DNA of 64,000 bases from Stappiaceae bacterium (GTDB lineage: Bacteria; Pseudomonadota; Alphaproteobacteria; Rhizobiales; Stappiaceae): assembly GCA_965275915.1 (NCBI GenBank), contig CBDHYI010000006.1, forward strand, positions 491,176 through 555,175. Direction: 5' to 3'. The notes below the pieces were generated by a model. The model ran no database searches and was not told the DNA's origin. It was given only the letters and a program-made list of their open reading frames with translations. The position numbers and the translations under genes are program-made. Each line of letters opens with the position of its first letter. Position 1 is the first letter of the stretch. This document shows, in pieces, positions 20,899-30,308 of the stretch.

Positions 20899-22113
20899 AT
20901 GTCCCGTATCGCCGTTACCGTTAAAGGTTATCCGCGCCTGTCTGAGACGTTCATTGCTCAGGAGATTCTGGGGCTTGAAAAACGGGGTATCCGGCAACTG
21001 ATCGTATCATTGCGGCACCCGACGGATCCGCACATCCATGATCTGAACAGGGAAATTTCCTCGGAGGTTCTCTATCTTCCGGAATATCTGAAAGACGATC
21101 CCAAACGCGTCGCTGCCGGACGCCGCTGGGCGGAGAAGCAGCCGACTTTTGAAATAGCGCGCGCGCTATTCGAAAAGGACCTGGCAAGAGACAAAACCGT
21201 TAATCGCTGGCGTCGCTGGGGGCAGGCCTGCGTCCTGGCGCGCGAACTGCCCGAAGATATTACCTGGCTGCATACGCATTATCTTCATACGCCCTGTTCC
21301 GTAACACGCTACGCAGCTGCTCTCCGCGATATGAAGTGGTCGTTTTCCGCACATGCCAAGGATATCTGGACAAGCGCTGAATGGGAACTCAGGGAAAAGC
21401 TGAACGATGCGGACTGGGGCGTGACGTGCACGCAAATCAACACGCACTATTTGCGGGGGTTGATCAAAGAGAGTCCGGAAAAGGTGGAGCTTGTTTATCA
21501 CGGCCTCGACTTTGCCCGCTTTCCTGCCGCGCCCGACCGAAACGGAAAGTCGGACGATCAGATTCGCCTGATCTCCGTCGGGCGGGCCGTTGAAAAGAAG
21601 GGGTATGGCGACCTTATCAAGGCGCTCAGACGGCTGAAGGGTGACGGTCGCTGGCACTTTCACCATATTGGCGGCGGAGCCCTGTCAAAAAAACTGAAAA
21701 AGCAAGCTGTCGCGGCGGGACTTGAAAATCGCATTACCTGGCACGGTTCCAAAGACCGTTCCTTCGTCATCGATGAACTGGCCAGGGCGGACATCTTCGT
21801 TTTGCCTTGTATGATCGCAAAATCGGGCGACAGAGACGGCCTGCCAAATGTTCTGATGGAAGCTCAGGCAATGGGTTTGCCGGTTATCGGCGGTAATGTT
21901 TCCGCAATTCCGGAAATCGTCGATGACGGCGCGAACGGATTGCTGGTGCCTCCGCAGGATCCTGAGGCTCTTTCGAAAGCCATCTCGGCTTTGATGGACA
22001 AAACGGATTTGAGGCAAAAAATGGGGTGCTGCGGTGCATTGTCCGTCCGTGAGAAATTCGATACGGCACCCGGGCTTGACCGATTGGCCAAAAAATTCGC
22101 ACGGTACGTCTGA
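20899..22113 (+). CDS. Glycosyltransferase family 4 (WcaL-like)
   Basis: 404 aa with the GT4 E-x7-E region EAQAMGLPVIGGNVSAIPEIVDDGANGLLVPP. Confidence 0.85.
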   Translation: MSRIAVTVKGYPRLSETFIAQEILGLEKRGIRQLIVSLRHPTDPHIHDLNREISSEVLYLPEYLKDDPKRVAAGRRWAEKQPTFEIARALFEKDLARDKTVNRWRRWGQACVLARELPEDITWLHTHYLHTPCSVTRYAAALRDMKWSFSAHAKDIWTSAEWELREKLNDADWGVTCTQINTHYLRGLIKESPEKVELVYHGLDFARFPAAPDRNGKSDDQIRLISVGRAVEKKGYGDLIKALRRLKGDGRWHFHHIGGGALSKKLKKQAVAAGLENRITWHGSKDRSFVIDELARADIFVLPCMIAKSGDRDGLPNVLMEAQAMGLPVIGGNVSAIPEIVDDGANGLLVPPQDPEALSKAISALMDKTDLRQKMGCCGALSVREKFDTAPGLDRLAKKFARYV

Positions 22114-22153
22114 CGCTGCTTGCGGCTTTTCAATTCGGAGGATAACCGGACCA

Positions 22154-23275
22154 TTGCGCGTTGCCTTTTATGCCCCGATGAAACCGCCTGACAGCCCGGT
22201 TCCCTCCGGAGACCGTGAGATCGCGCGGAACCTGTTGCGGGCGTTGCAGGACAACGGGCACGATGTGTTGCTTGCATCACGACTGCGCACCTGGCGGAAA
22301 GCTCCCGATGAGGTGCACTTTAAGGAAATATGTGAGGAAACAGCGCGCGAAAAAGATCGGCTCCTGAAAACATTCGACCGTCAGGGGAACCGACCTGATA
22401 TCTGGCTCACCTATCACAACTATTACAAGGCACCGGACACACTAGGGCCCGAAATGGCTGCTGCGCTTGGTATTCCGTTTGTGCTGATCGAAGCAAGTCG
22501 GGCAAGCAAACGCAAACACGGTCCCTGGGCCGAGTCATTTGCCGCCTCCGAGCGTGCCCTCAAGCGGGCGGACCTGGTCGCATCGCTGCACAGCCGTGAC
22601 GAGGAAGGCATCGCGGCGGTTGTTCCGGACAGCCATCGCATGCGATTGCCGCCCTTCATCGACACGGCACTCTTTGCCAGGACGGATTCTCGTTTAATCC
22701 AGGGCAAGCCCCCTCTCCTGCTGACGATCGCAATGATGCGGCCCGGCGATAAATTTTCGTCCTACCAATTGCTGGCCCGGGCTTTGAAAAAACTGGATGA
22801 CCTGGAATGGCACTTGACGATTGTCGGCGACGGGAAAACAAGAGACGAGATTGAGCCGCTCTTTGACGGTCCGCGTTACACTTTCAAGGGAGCGATGAAA
22901 AAGGAACAGGTTGCTGAATGCTGCAAGGCAGCGGACATCTTTGTCTGGCCCGCGATCAATGAAGCGTTCGGCATGGTGTTCATTGAAGCTCAGGCCGCTT
23001 CTCTGGCTGTTGTTGCCGGCGCCAGCCTGGGAGTTCCGGATGTCGTGGCCAACGGTAGAACCGGTTTGCTGGTTCCTCCCGGTGATGCGAATGCTTTTGC
23101 GGATGCGCTGCGGACGCTATTGACGGACGACGACCTGTGTCGAACCCTGAGACAGAACGCGGGGGCTTATATTCAAGAGGAGCACAGTCTGGATATTGGC
23201 CGCCGCCGGCTTGATGCCTGTATCAACGCGGCCGTAACCAATTATAAGTCTATGCAGCAAGCTGGTGGCCGGTGA
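22154..23275 (+). CDS. Glycosyltransferase family 4
   Basis: Preferred TTG start at 22154 gives MRVAFYAPMKPPDSPVPSGDR, with GGAGG at 22137-22141. Motif IEAQAASLAVVAGASLGVPDVVANGRTGLLVPPGD. The listed ORF start at 22034 overlaps the previous gene. Confidence 0.8.
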   Translation: MRVAFYAPMKPPDSPVPSGDREIARNLLRALQDNGHDVLLASRLRTWRKAPDEVHFKEICEETAREKDRLLKTFDRQGNRPDIWLTYHNYYKAPDTLGPEMAAALGIPFVLIEASRASKRKHGPWAESFAASERALKRADLVASLHSRDEEGIAAVVPDSHRMRLPPFIDTALFARTDSRLIQGKPPLLLTIAMMRPGDKFSSYQLLARALKKLDDLEWHLTIVGDGKTRDEIEPLFDGPRYTFKGAMKKEQVAECCKAADIFVWPAINEAFGMVFIEAQAASLAVVAGASLGVPDVVANGRTGLLVPPGDANAFADALRTLLTDDDLCRTLRQNAGAYIQEEHSLDIGRRRLDACINAAVTNYKSMQQAGGR

Positions 23276-24444
23276 ACAGCGTGAAAGCCCTCATTCACGT
23301 CAACCATCTGCTCGGAACGGGCCATGCCTATCGTGCCGTGCGGATCGGCCGCGCTTTGGCTGGACGCGGCGTGTCGGTGACGTTGGCGTCCGGGAATATA
23401 TTGCCGGAGACGCTGAATACATCCGACCTGATGGTAAGACGGCTTCCGGTGGCGAAATCACTTGATCACGGTTTTACCGCGCTGGCGCAGGAAAATGGCG
23501 AGCCGATTGACGATCAATGGAAAGAGCGGCGCTCCCGAGCATTTTATGCGCTGTGGGAAGAAACGGATCCGGATATACTCATAACGGAGCACTTTCCGTT
23601 TGGGCGCCGAAAACTCTCATTTGAAATCAAGCCCGTTTTGGAAGCCATGCGCCGGAGCAGGCCGGATGCCCTGATCGCAGCGTCCGTGCGGGATATTCTG
23701 GTTCGCAAGGTTCAACCTGAAAAAGAACGGCAGATGGCCGCGATCGCAGCAGCTTATTACGATGTGGTTATTGTCCACTCCGATCCGAATTTTGTGCGGC
23801 TTGAAGACAGCTTTCGTTTTGTTGATCACATAGAAGATCTGATCCGGTACACCGGGTTTTTGCACAGCCGAACCGAGCCGGTCCCACCAAAGTCCTCAAC
23901 CGCGGCAGGCGAAGTCGTGGTGTCTGCCGGTGGCGGTGCATTCGGTCTCAGATTGCTTCAGACCGCGCTCGCCGCCCGGACTTTCTCCGAAAACACGTGC
24001 AATTTCCCATGGCGCATCCTTGCAGGCCACAATATCGACGAGAAATCTTTCGAAACTCTGCGGGCCGATTCTCCGAAAGGAGTCATTGTGGAACGCAATC
24101 GTTCTGACTTTACCGATCTTTTGGCAAATGCAGCATTGTCTGTATCGCAAGCGGGGTACAATTCCGTTCTGGATGTGCTCGCCGCCAGAGTTCCCGCTGT
24201 GCTGGTGCCTTCGATGGTCAATGGAAACGAACAGATCGAGCGTGCCGCGATCCTTGCCGAGCATGGTGCGGTCCAGGTCGTTTCCGAAAACGATCTGACG
24301 GAGCAAACACTCGCGGCGGCAATCGACAAAGCCTTTCTGTCAGGCAGCATGGATATGCGCGTTGCAACTGATCAAGGTAATATCTGTGCACAAGCCCTTC
24401 TTGATGCCTTTGACGAAAAACAAAACAGAGCGGTTGCTCGATAA
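23272..24444 (+). CDS. Glycosyltransferase, GT28/MurG-like fold (second COG4671-type paralog)
   Basis: GTG 23272 overlaps the upstream TGA (GTGA). HVNHLLGTGHAYR parallels the GLGHLRR motif of the first gene in the operon. C-terminal SQAGYNSVLD is present. Confidence 0.7.
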   Translation: MNSVKALIHVNHLLGTGHAYRAVRIGRALAGRGVSVTLASGNILPETLNTSDLMVRRLPVAKSLDHGFTALAQENGEPIDDQWKERRSRAFYALWEETDPDILITEHFPFGRRKLSFEIKPVLEAMRRSRPDALIAASVRDILVRKVQPEKERQMAAIAAAYYDVVIVHSDPNFVRLEDSFRFVDHIEDLIRYTGFLHSRTEPVPPKSSTAAGEVVVSAGGGAFGLRLLQTALAARTFSENTCNFPWRILAGHNIDEKSFETLRADSPKGVIVERNRSDFTDLLANAALSVSQAGYNSVLDVLAARVPAVLVPSMVNGNEQIERAAILAEHGAVQVVSENDLTEQTLAAAIDKAFLSGSMDMRVATDQGNICAQALLDAFDEKQNRAVAR

Positions 24445-25208
24445 TGAATAATATGACTCATCATTATCGCGATCAGGTCCTTTCCATTTTGGATTATCGA
24501 GCCGAACAGAAAGAGCCCCAGGCTTTCTGGTGGCGCGACGATGATGCGACGCGCCCGACCCCTGCGCTGGAACGCTTGATCGGACTCTCCGAGCAGAACG
24601 GACTGCCCGTGGCACTTGCGGTTATCCCCAAACAGGCTACAGGCGCGCTTGTCGACCGCGTCCGGCAGGCGCCCACCCTCACGGTTCTGCAGCATGGTTT
24701 TGCGCACAAAAACCATGCCAACGGGGCGAAAGGCGAAGCGGCGTCGGAGTTCGGAAAGGAACGCAGTCTGGACGACAGCCTGCGCGATCTCAGAAAGGGT
24801 CGGAATCGGATGGACGGCCTTTTTGGAGCCAGAGCGATTCCTGTCTTCGTGCCGCCGTGGAACCGGATGGGGGACGCCTTTACCGACAAGCTGCCCGATG
24901 CGGGATTCAAGGGCTATTCGGCGTTCGGCGGCCTGCCCTCAGAAGAGACGAAGGGACATCTTGATGTTCACTGGGATCCCATCAGCTGGAAAGGCGGAGC
25001 CCAGTTTTGCGGAACCGAAAAAGCCTGGAAAAAACTGGCTGAGGAACTGGAACGACGGTGTGAGGACCGATGTGCGCCGCTGGGGCTTGTCACCCATCAT
25101 CTGGCGCATGACGAGGACGTATGGACGTTTCTTGATGAGTTGCTTTCGACGCTTGCCGGTCATCCGGGAACTGTGTTTCCACCGATCCGCCGACTGTTCG
25201 GAATTTAG
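24444..25208 (+). CDS. Polysaccharide deacetylase-like protein (NodB/DUF2334-like)
   Basis: ATG 24444 overlaps the upstream TAA (TAATG). FWWRDDDATRP, LQHGFAHKNH and VFVPPWNR resemble predicted carbohydrate deacetylases. Family assigned from memory. Confidence 0.55.
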   Translation: MNNMTHHYRDQVLSILDYRAEQKEPQAFWWRDDDATRPTPALERLIGLSEQNGLPVALAVIPKQATGALVDRVRQAPTLTVLQHGFAHKNHANGAKGEAASEFGKERSLDDSLRDLRKGRNRMDGLFGARAIPVFVPPWNRMGDAFTDKLPDAGFKGYSAFGGLPSEETKGHLDVHWDPISWKGGAQFCGTEKAWKKLAEELERRCEDRCAPLGLVTHHLAHDEDVWTFLDELLSTLAGHPGTVFPPIRRLFGI

Positions 25209-25810
25209 ATGTTCAAAGCTGTTCCTGGCCGCACAAGTTTCATTCGCCACGTTGTGTCCTTGATGTGAGAGGTGAGTGTCACATCATCCAGGACATCCCA
25301 CTCATCGCGATTCATGCGGGACCAGACATCGGCAATTCGCTTATGCGCACCGCTTTCGGGCCGTGCCGGAGCATAGATTGAAACGGCTATGATCCCGCCG
25401 GGCGCAAGAAATCCAGCATAGCGTTCCACCTGATCGGCAGCGTCTTCAGCATAGTTCAAAACCTCATTGAAAATGATGGCATTGAAACCTGCGCGGTCCG
25501 GCGAAAATTCCCTCAGGTCGGCACGCACAAGTTCGGCAATGTCCGGGTTAATGACCGCCTGTGCCTTTTCCAAGGGTTCCTCGGACAGATCGACTCCCAC
25601 ATACTGCTGAAGACCCAAAGGTTCGATGCGCCGGTAAAAATGCCCCTGTCCGCAACCGATATCGAGGACGGCTGCGGTGTTCTCCGTTCCCATCATCCAG
25701 GATGCGATAATACCGTGTCTGGACATCTCACGAATATTGCCCAGGAACGACCAGCGTCCTTCGCGATATTCGCGGTCAAGTCCTTCAGGACTCGTCTCGT
25801 TACGTTTCAT
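25205..25810 (-). CDS. Class I SAM-dependent methyltransferase
   Basis: Motif I VLDIGCGQGHF. Preferred start ATG 25810 (the listed GTG is at 25816). Its stop overlaps the convergent deacetylase stop by 4 nt. Confidence 0.8.
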   Translation of the reverse strand: MKRNETSPEGLDREYREGRWSFLGNIREMSRHGIIASWMMGTENTAAVLDIGCGQGHFYRRIEPLGLQQYVGVDLSEEPLEKAQAVINPDIAELVRADLREFSPDRAGFNAIIFNEVLNYAEDAADQVERYAGFLAPGGIIAVSIYAPARPESGAHKRIADVWSRMNRDEWDVLDDVTLTSHIKDTTWRMKLVRPGTALNI

Positions 25811-25825
25811 GGTCACTACAGCCTA

Positions 25826-26088
25826 GGGTATGGACCCATAAATGTGCTTGAAATGGCGGATCAAACGGCAAAAAGCTGGAAGGAAGGGTGTGAAAAGCGG
25901 GCTTTATGCCCGGTTGAGCAACCTGACGCAGCAGAGTGAAGCCGCTTGTCCGTCCTTTCGGATATGGCCGATTGGTCCGGCTACTGCGTTGCAAGTTCTT
26001 GAAAACCGGATGGTTTCCTGCGGATTTGCGCCTTGTATCCGAACAAATCGGCTCATACCATTTTAAGTACATTTATGGGTCCATACCC
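25826..26088. mobile_element. MITE-like non-autonomous element with 31-bp terminal inverted repeats and a flanking TA duplication
   Basis: Left TIR at 25826-25856 is GGGTATGGACCCATAAATGTGCTTGAAATGG. The right TIR at 26058-26088 in reverse complement is GGGTATGGACCCATAAATGTACTTAAAATGG, matching 29/31. TA lies immediately outside both ends (25824-25825 and 26089-26090). No credible ORF is present inside. Confidence 0.6.
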
Positions 26089-26120
26089 TAGAGCGTGTTG
26101 TGCATTAATGTTGCCGGTGC

Positions 26121-27302
26121 CTATTTGTAGGGGTCCGCAGCGTCACGCAATCCGTCTCCCAGGAAGTTGAAGGCCAGCACGACGATAATGATCGGAATCA
26201 CCGGTGCCATCAGCCATGGATAGACCGTGACGACGGTGATGTTCTGTGCCTCGTTCAGAACAACACCCCAACTCACGGCCGGTCGCCTCAGACCCAGATC
26301 CAGAAATGACAGTGCCGTCTCACCCAGGATCATGGCCGGGATTGACAAAGATGCGCTCGCAATGATGTGGCTGGTGAAGCCGGGCAGAAGATGGCGCCGG
26401 ATGACCCGCGACGGTTTCGCACCCATGAGAACAGCGGCCTTGGCATATTCTTCTTCCCGAAGCGCAAGAAGTTTTGAACGCACCGCGCGGGCAAGGCCGG
26501 GCCAGTCGAGCAGGCCCAGAATGATCGTTATGCCGAGATAAATCCAAAGCGGACTCCAGGTCACAGGCAAAGCTGCGGACAGTGCCATCCAGAGCGGCAG
26601 TTCGGGCAGTGCCTTCAGAATTTCGATCATCCGCATGACGGTTGAATCGACGAAACCGCCGAAGAAACCGGCAATACCGCCGAAAAACATGCCAAGGATG
26701 ATGGAAATCGCAACGCCGACCAGACCGACGGTCAAGGACAGGCGTGCGCCATAAATCAGGCTTGAATACATGTCCCGGCCCAGCCGGTCCGTGCCAAGCA
26801 GGTAAAAGGTTCCGCCCTCGGCCGGACAGACCACATGAAAATCCCAGGGTACCAGGCCCCAGAAATTATACTCAGCACCCCGGCAGAAGAACCTGAGTGG
26901 CTGTACATCGGTTTTGTCGACGACATAGTCCCACTTCAATTCTTCGAAATTCACCTCCGCTTTATAGCCGTAAACAAACGGCCCTACGAAGGTTCCTTCG
27001 TGAAACAGGTGAATGGCCTGGGGCGGTGCATAAAGGTGATCGTTGTCGCGGTCGCCGTTGGCGTAAGGGGCAATGATCTCGGCAAACGGGACATTAAGAT
27101 AAAAGAGTATCAGGACCACCCCGGACCATACGGCGACCTTGTGGCGTCGGAATTTCCACCACATGATCTGCCATTGTGAGGCCTGGAAATATCGCTCCTG
27201 TTCGGGCGTCAGCTCTTCGACCGACCCGGGATCGAAAGGGTCCGGATTGACATAATGCTTGCCTTTGACAGGCTTGGTTATGGTTTTCTCTGCGCTATCC
27301 AT
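26121..27302 (-). CDS. ABC transporter permease (OppC/DppC-like with extended N-terminus)
   Basis: Polytopic membrane protein with a C-terminal DPYK motif typical of family-5 importer permeases. Preferred start ATG 27302 (the listed TTG is at 27320). Confidence 0.85.
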   Translation of the reverse strand: MDSAEKTITKPVKGKHYVNPDPFDPGSVEELTPEQERYFQASQWQIMWWKFRRHKVAVWSGVVLILFYLNVPFAEIIAPYANGDRDNDHLYAPPQAIHLFHEGTFVGPFVYGYKAEVNFEELKWDYVVDKTDVQPLRFFCRGAEYNFWGLVPWDFHVVCPAEGGTFYLLGTDRLGRDMYSSLIYGARLSLTVGLVGVAISIILGMFFGGIAGFFGGFVDSTVMRMIEILKALPELPLWMALSAALPVTWSPLWIYLGITIILGLLDWPGLARAVRSKLLALREEEYAKAAVLMGAKPSRVIRRHLLPGFTSHIIASASLSIPAMILGETALSFLDLGLRRPAVSWGVVLNEAQNITVVTVYPWLMAPVIPIIIVVLAFNFLGDGLRDAADPYK

Positions 27303-27309
27303 CGGACGC

Positions 27310-28323
27310 TCACGCTCCAAGCCGTATGCGCGGATCGAGCACGGCCAGCAGCAGATCGGAGATCAGCATGCCGACCAACGTCAGGACAGCGACAAACAAA
27401 AGAATAAAACCGGCCAGGAACTGATCCTGGGATTGCAACGCACCAAGAAGGACCGGACCGACTGTGGGCAGGTTGAGTACCACGGACACGATGACCGATC
27501 CCGATACCAGCGAGGGGATCAGATTGCCGATATCGGCAATAAACGGGTTCAGAGCCATCCTGAGCGGGTATTTCGTCAGAACCCGCGTTTCGCCAAGTCC
27601 TTTGGCCCGGGCTGTGGTTACGTACTGTTTGTGAAGCTCATCCAGCAGATTGGCCCGCAATCGGCGGATCATACCGGCTGTTCCGGACGTGCCGATCACA
27701 ATGGTCGGTACAATCAGATGTGCCAGAACCGAGAGCGCTTTGTCGACGCTCCAGGGTTGATCGATATATTGGGGATCCATCAGGCCGCCGACGGACAGGC
27801 CGAAATACCGGTTCGAGATATAAAGCATCACCAGACCAAGCAGGAAGTTGGGTACGGCGAGCCCGAGATAACCAAGGAACGTAAAACCGTAGTCGCCCCA
27901 GCTATATTGCCGCGTGGCGGAATAGATGCCGATCGGAAATGCGACGATATAGACAAACAGGATCGTTGCCGTGTTCAGGATGACCGTCAGAGGCAAGGTC
28001 GGCCCGACCACCTCGGCGACGGGCTGCTCATACTCGAACGACCAGCCCCAATTGCCCTGAAGCAGGCCGTCAAACCCGTTGACGCCCGGCCAGGCCCCGA
28101 CCCAGATCAGGTATCGCTTCCAGAAGGGCTCATCGAGCGCAAACTCCGCGCGCAGAAACTCCACTTTTTCGATCGCGGCCTGTTCGCCCTGCGCCTTGAG
28201 CTGCGCGATCAGATTTGTCAGATAGTCGCCCGGGGGTAATTCAATGATAAGGAAGGTCAGGAAACTGATAACCACGAACGTCGGAATCATCGTCAGTATC
28301 CGACGCACCACGTAACTGAGCAT
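27310..28323 (-). CDS. ABC transporter permease (OppB/DppB-like)
   Basis: 337 aa, hydrophobic, with EAA loop YVTTARAKGLGE. Confidence 0.9.
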   Translation of the reverse strand: MLSYVVRRILTMIPTFVVISFLTFLIIELPPGDYLTNLIAQLKAQGEQAAIEKVEFLRAEFALDEPFWKRYLIWVGAWPGVNGFDGLLQGNWGWSFEYEQPVAEVVGPTLPLTVILNTATILFVYIVAFPIGIYSATRQYSWGDYGFTFLGYLGLAVPNFLLGLVMLYISNRYFGLSVGGLMDPQYIDQPWSVDKALSVLAHLIVPTIVIGTSGTAGMIRRLRANLLDELHKQYVTTARAKGLGETRVLTKYPLRMALNPFIADIGNLIPSLVSGSVIVSVVLNLPTVGPVLLGALQSQDQFLAGFILLFVAVLTLVGMLISDLLLAVLDPRIRLGA

Positions 28324-28328
28324 CTATG

Positions 28329-30308
28329 TCAGCCCCTTCCCGCACTGGCATTGGATTCGGCCACTTCATTGTCAAACCAGAATTCATCCATCCGGTGAAC
28401 GCCGTAATGGGCACCGGGGTCCCAGCCGTAAATGCCCTCGACCGGCACGTTACGCAGTGTATTGTGGATGACGACCGGTTGCCGGTTGGATGAAATGATC
28501 CCGATATCGAAGGTTTCCTCGGCCCTGAGTGCCAGCATTTCATGCCAGATGCGGGTACGCTCGTCCTTATCGGTGCTGTCGCGCCATTTGTTATAGAGTT
28601 CGACCAGCCTTTTTGCCGGAGGATAGTCGATCGCCTCCCCCGTCTGGCCGTTGGTCTCCTCATAGGCGCCCCACTGCGCATAGTTCAGGTTTGAGCTCAG
28701 GACCGGCGCCAGTTCGGTCGGCGGCATGTCCGCCGTCGCAATCCCGTTGTTGAAACCGGCCCAGATGCTCATGACCAGTCCGCCGGACAACGCGCGATCC
28801 CGCACCACATCGCGCTGCGATGCTTTGGGGTAGAGGGCAACACCGATTTCGCGCCAGGTTTCCGCAATCAGTTCCAGGGCATCCAGTTCATTCGGGCTCT
28901 CACCCATCGATTCAACGATAATTTCAAGCGGACGACCGTCAGGCAGAAGCCGGATACCGTCGCCGCGCGCTTTCGTCAGCCCGATCTCGTCCAGCAGGGC
29001 TTTCGCTTTCTTCGGATCGAATTGTGTCCATTTCTCGCGATATTCCTCTTTAAAAAGAGGACTTTGCGGTAAGACGGTGTTGTTGCTTTCCTCGGCCATG
29101 CCGAAATAAAGCACGCGCGCGATCATTTTTCGGTCGATGCCGAGCGACAGGGCGTGCCGAAAGCGCTTATCGCGCATCAGTTTGCGCCATGCGGGGTCGG
29201 TTGTCGTCAGGTTTGGATAAAGCGTGATCGCGGAACCTTTGGCAATCGGCCAGAGGACCGTTTCATATTCATGCAGCCCCTCCCCGCGCTTGAGAACCGT
29301 CATGTCGGAAAAGGAAAGGTTACGTGCCTGAAGGTGTGATTCTCCGGCCTGGGTTTTCGTCGGCACCAGGCGGCCATCGGAAACATTCATGATCACCTGA
29401 TCGATGTACGGGAGCTGGAGACCGTTTTTGTCGACGCGGTGATAGTAGGGATTGCGGATCATAACTGCCCGCTGTTTTGAATTGCCTTCTTTGGGGACCC
29501 AGGGCTGCAGGGAGGGAATGCGGTGGTCCGTTCCCTTATACATCCGGTCTTTGCCGTTATGCAGCGGTGCCCAGGATCGGACCTTTTTGTCTTCGACCCA
29601 CTTGGCGATCTTTTTCGCATCACCGTAGTTCTCATGATATTTCTTCAGAAAATGAGCGGGCCGGTATATGAAAGGCGGTCGTGCGGCGGCGAGGCTTGGA
29701 AGAAACAACGGGTTTGGCTTGTGCCAGGAGTACCGAACGGTCGTTTCATCAAGCACTTCGAAAACCGGCCAGATGTCTTCAACCGTCAAAAACTCCGGCG
29801 GCCCCGAGGGAGACAGGTGCTCGTTTGTTGCAATGTCTTCCCAGAAGTACCGGAAATCTTCCGCCGTAAACGGATGACCGTCCGACCATTTGTGCCCTTT
29901 TCGCAGATGCAGCGTGAAAACGCGGTCGTCCTCGACGTCCACTTTCTCAAGCAGATCCGGTACAAGTTCCAGCTCTTCGTTGTATCCGACCAGGCGTGCG
30001 TAGCCCCATACATTGATCAGGCGGACGTCCTTGGCACGGCCGATCAGCGTATGCAGGTCTCCACCATGTTTTCCCGGCAGCCGGCCGCGGGCTTCAAGGT
30101 CAATCACCAGCGGATTTTCCGGGACACGTTCGGCAACGGGCGGCAAGTCCTTATGACCGTGACTGTTGGAAATTGTCACGGTCTCCTGCAGGTCGACCGC
30201 ATTGACGGGGACGATTGTCGTGGCGCCGGTGACGCATGCCAGAAGCAGCGACCGGATCGTTCTGGGTAAGGAGACCGTCCATCCTGCGGTGTTTATTCTT
30301 TTAATCAT
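28329..30308 (-). CDS. ABC transporter substrate-binding protein, family 5 (large, about 659 aa)
   Basis: Preferred start ATG 30308 overlaps the ATPase stop (ATGA). A signal peptide is present, and it precedes the two permeases on the same strand. Confidence 0.85.
   Translation of the reverse strand: MIKRINTAGWTVSLPRTIRSLLLACVTGATTIVPVNAVDLQETVTISNSHGHKDLPPVAERVPENPLVIDLEARGRLPGKHGGDLHTLIGRAKDVRLINVWGYARLVGYNEELELVPDLLEKVDVEDDRVFTLHLRKGHKWSDGHPFTAEDFRYFWEDIATNEHLSPSGPPEFLTVEDIWPVFEVLDETTVRYSWHKPNPLFLPSLAAARPPFIYRPAHFLKKYHENYGDAKKIAKWVEDKKVRSWAPLHNGKDRMYKGTDHRIPSLQPWVPKEGNSKQRAVMIRNPYYHRVDKNGLQLPYIDQVIMNVSDGRLVPTKTQAGESHLQARNLSFSDMTVLKRGEGLHEYETVLWPIAKGSAITLYPNLTTTDPAWRKLMRDKRFRHALSLGIDRKMIARVLYFGMAEESNNTVLPQSPLFKEEYREKWTQFDPKKAKALLDEIGLTKARGDGIRLLPDGRPLEIIVESMGESPNELDALELIAETWREIGVALYPKASQRDVVRDRALSGGLVMSIWAGFNNGIATADMPPTELAPVLSSNLNYAQWGAYEETNGQTGEAIDYPPAKRLVELYNKWRDSTDKDERTRIWHEMLALRAEETFDIGIISSNRQPVVIHNTLRNVPVEGIYGWDPGAHYGVHRMDEFWFDNEVAESNASAGRG

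Noticed and set aside
25800-26072. Two ORFs of 74-90 aa on opposite strands between the methyltransferase and the importer operon
   Set aside because: Both lie inside the inverted-repeat-bounded MITE-like element, have no RBS and mirror each other. They are more parsimoniously non-coding.
27259-28239. 326-aa plus-strand ORF antisense to the OppB-like permease
   Set aside because: Its composition is low-complexity and rich in Arg, Asp, Gln and Gly, with no motif. It lies fully inside a well-supported minus-strand gene. This is the typical long antisense ORF of GC-rich DNA.
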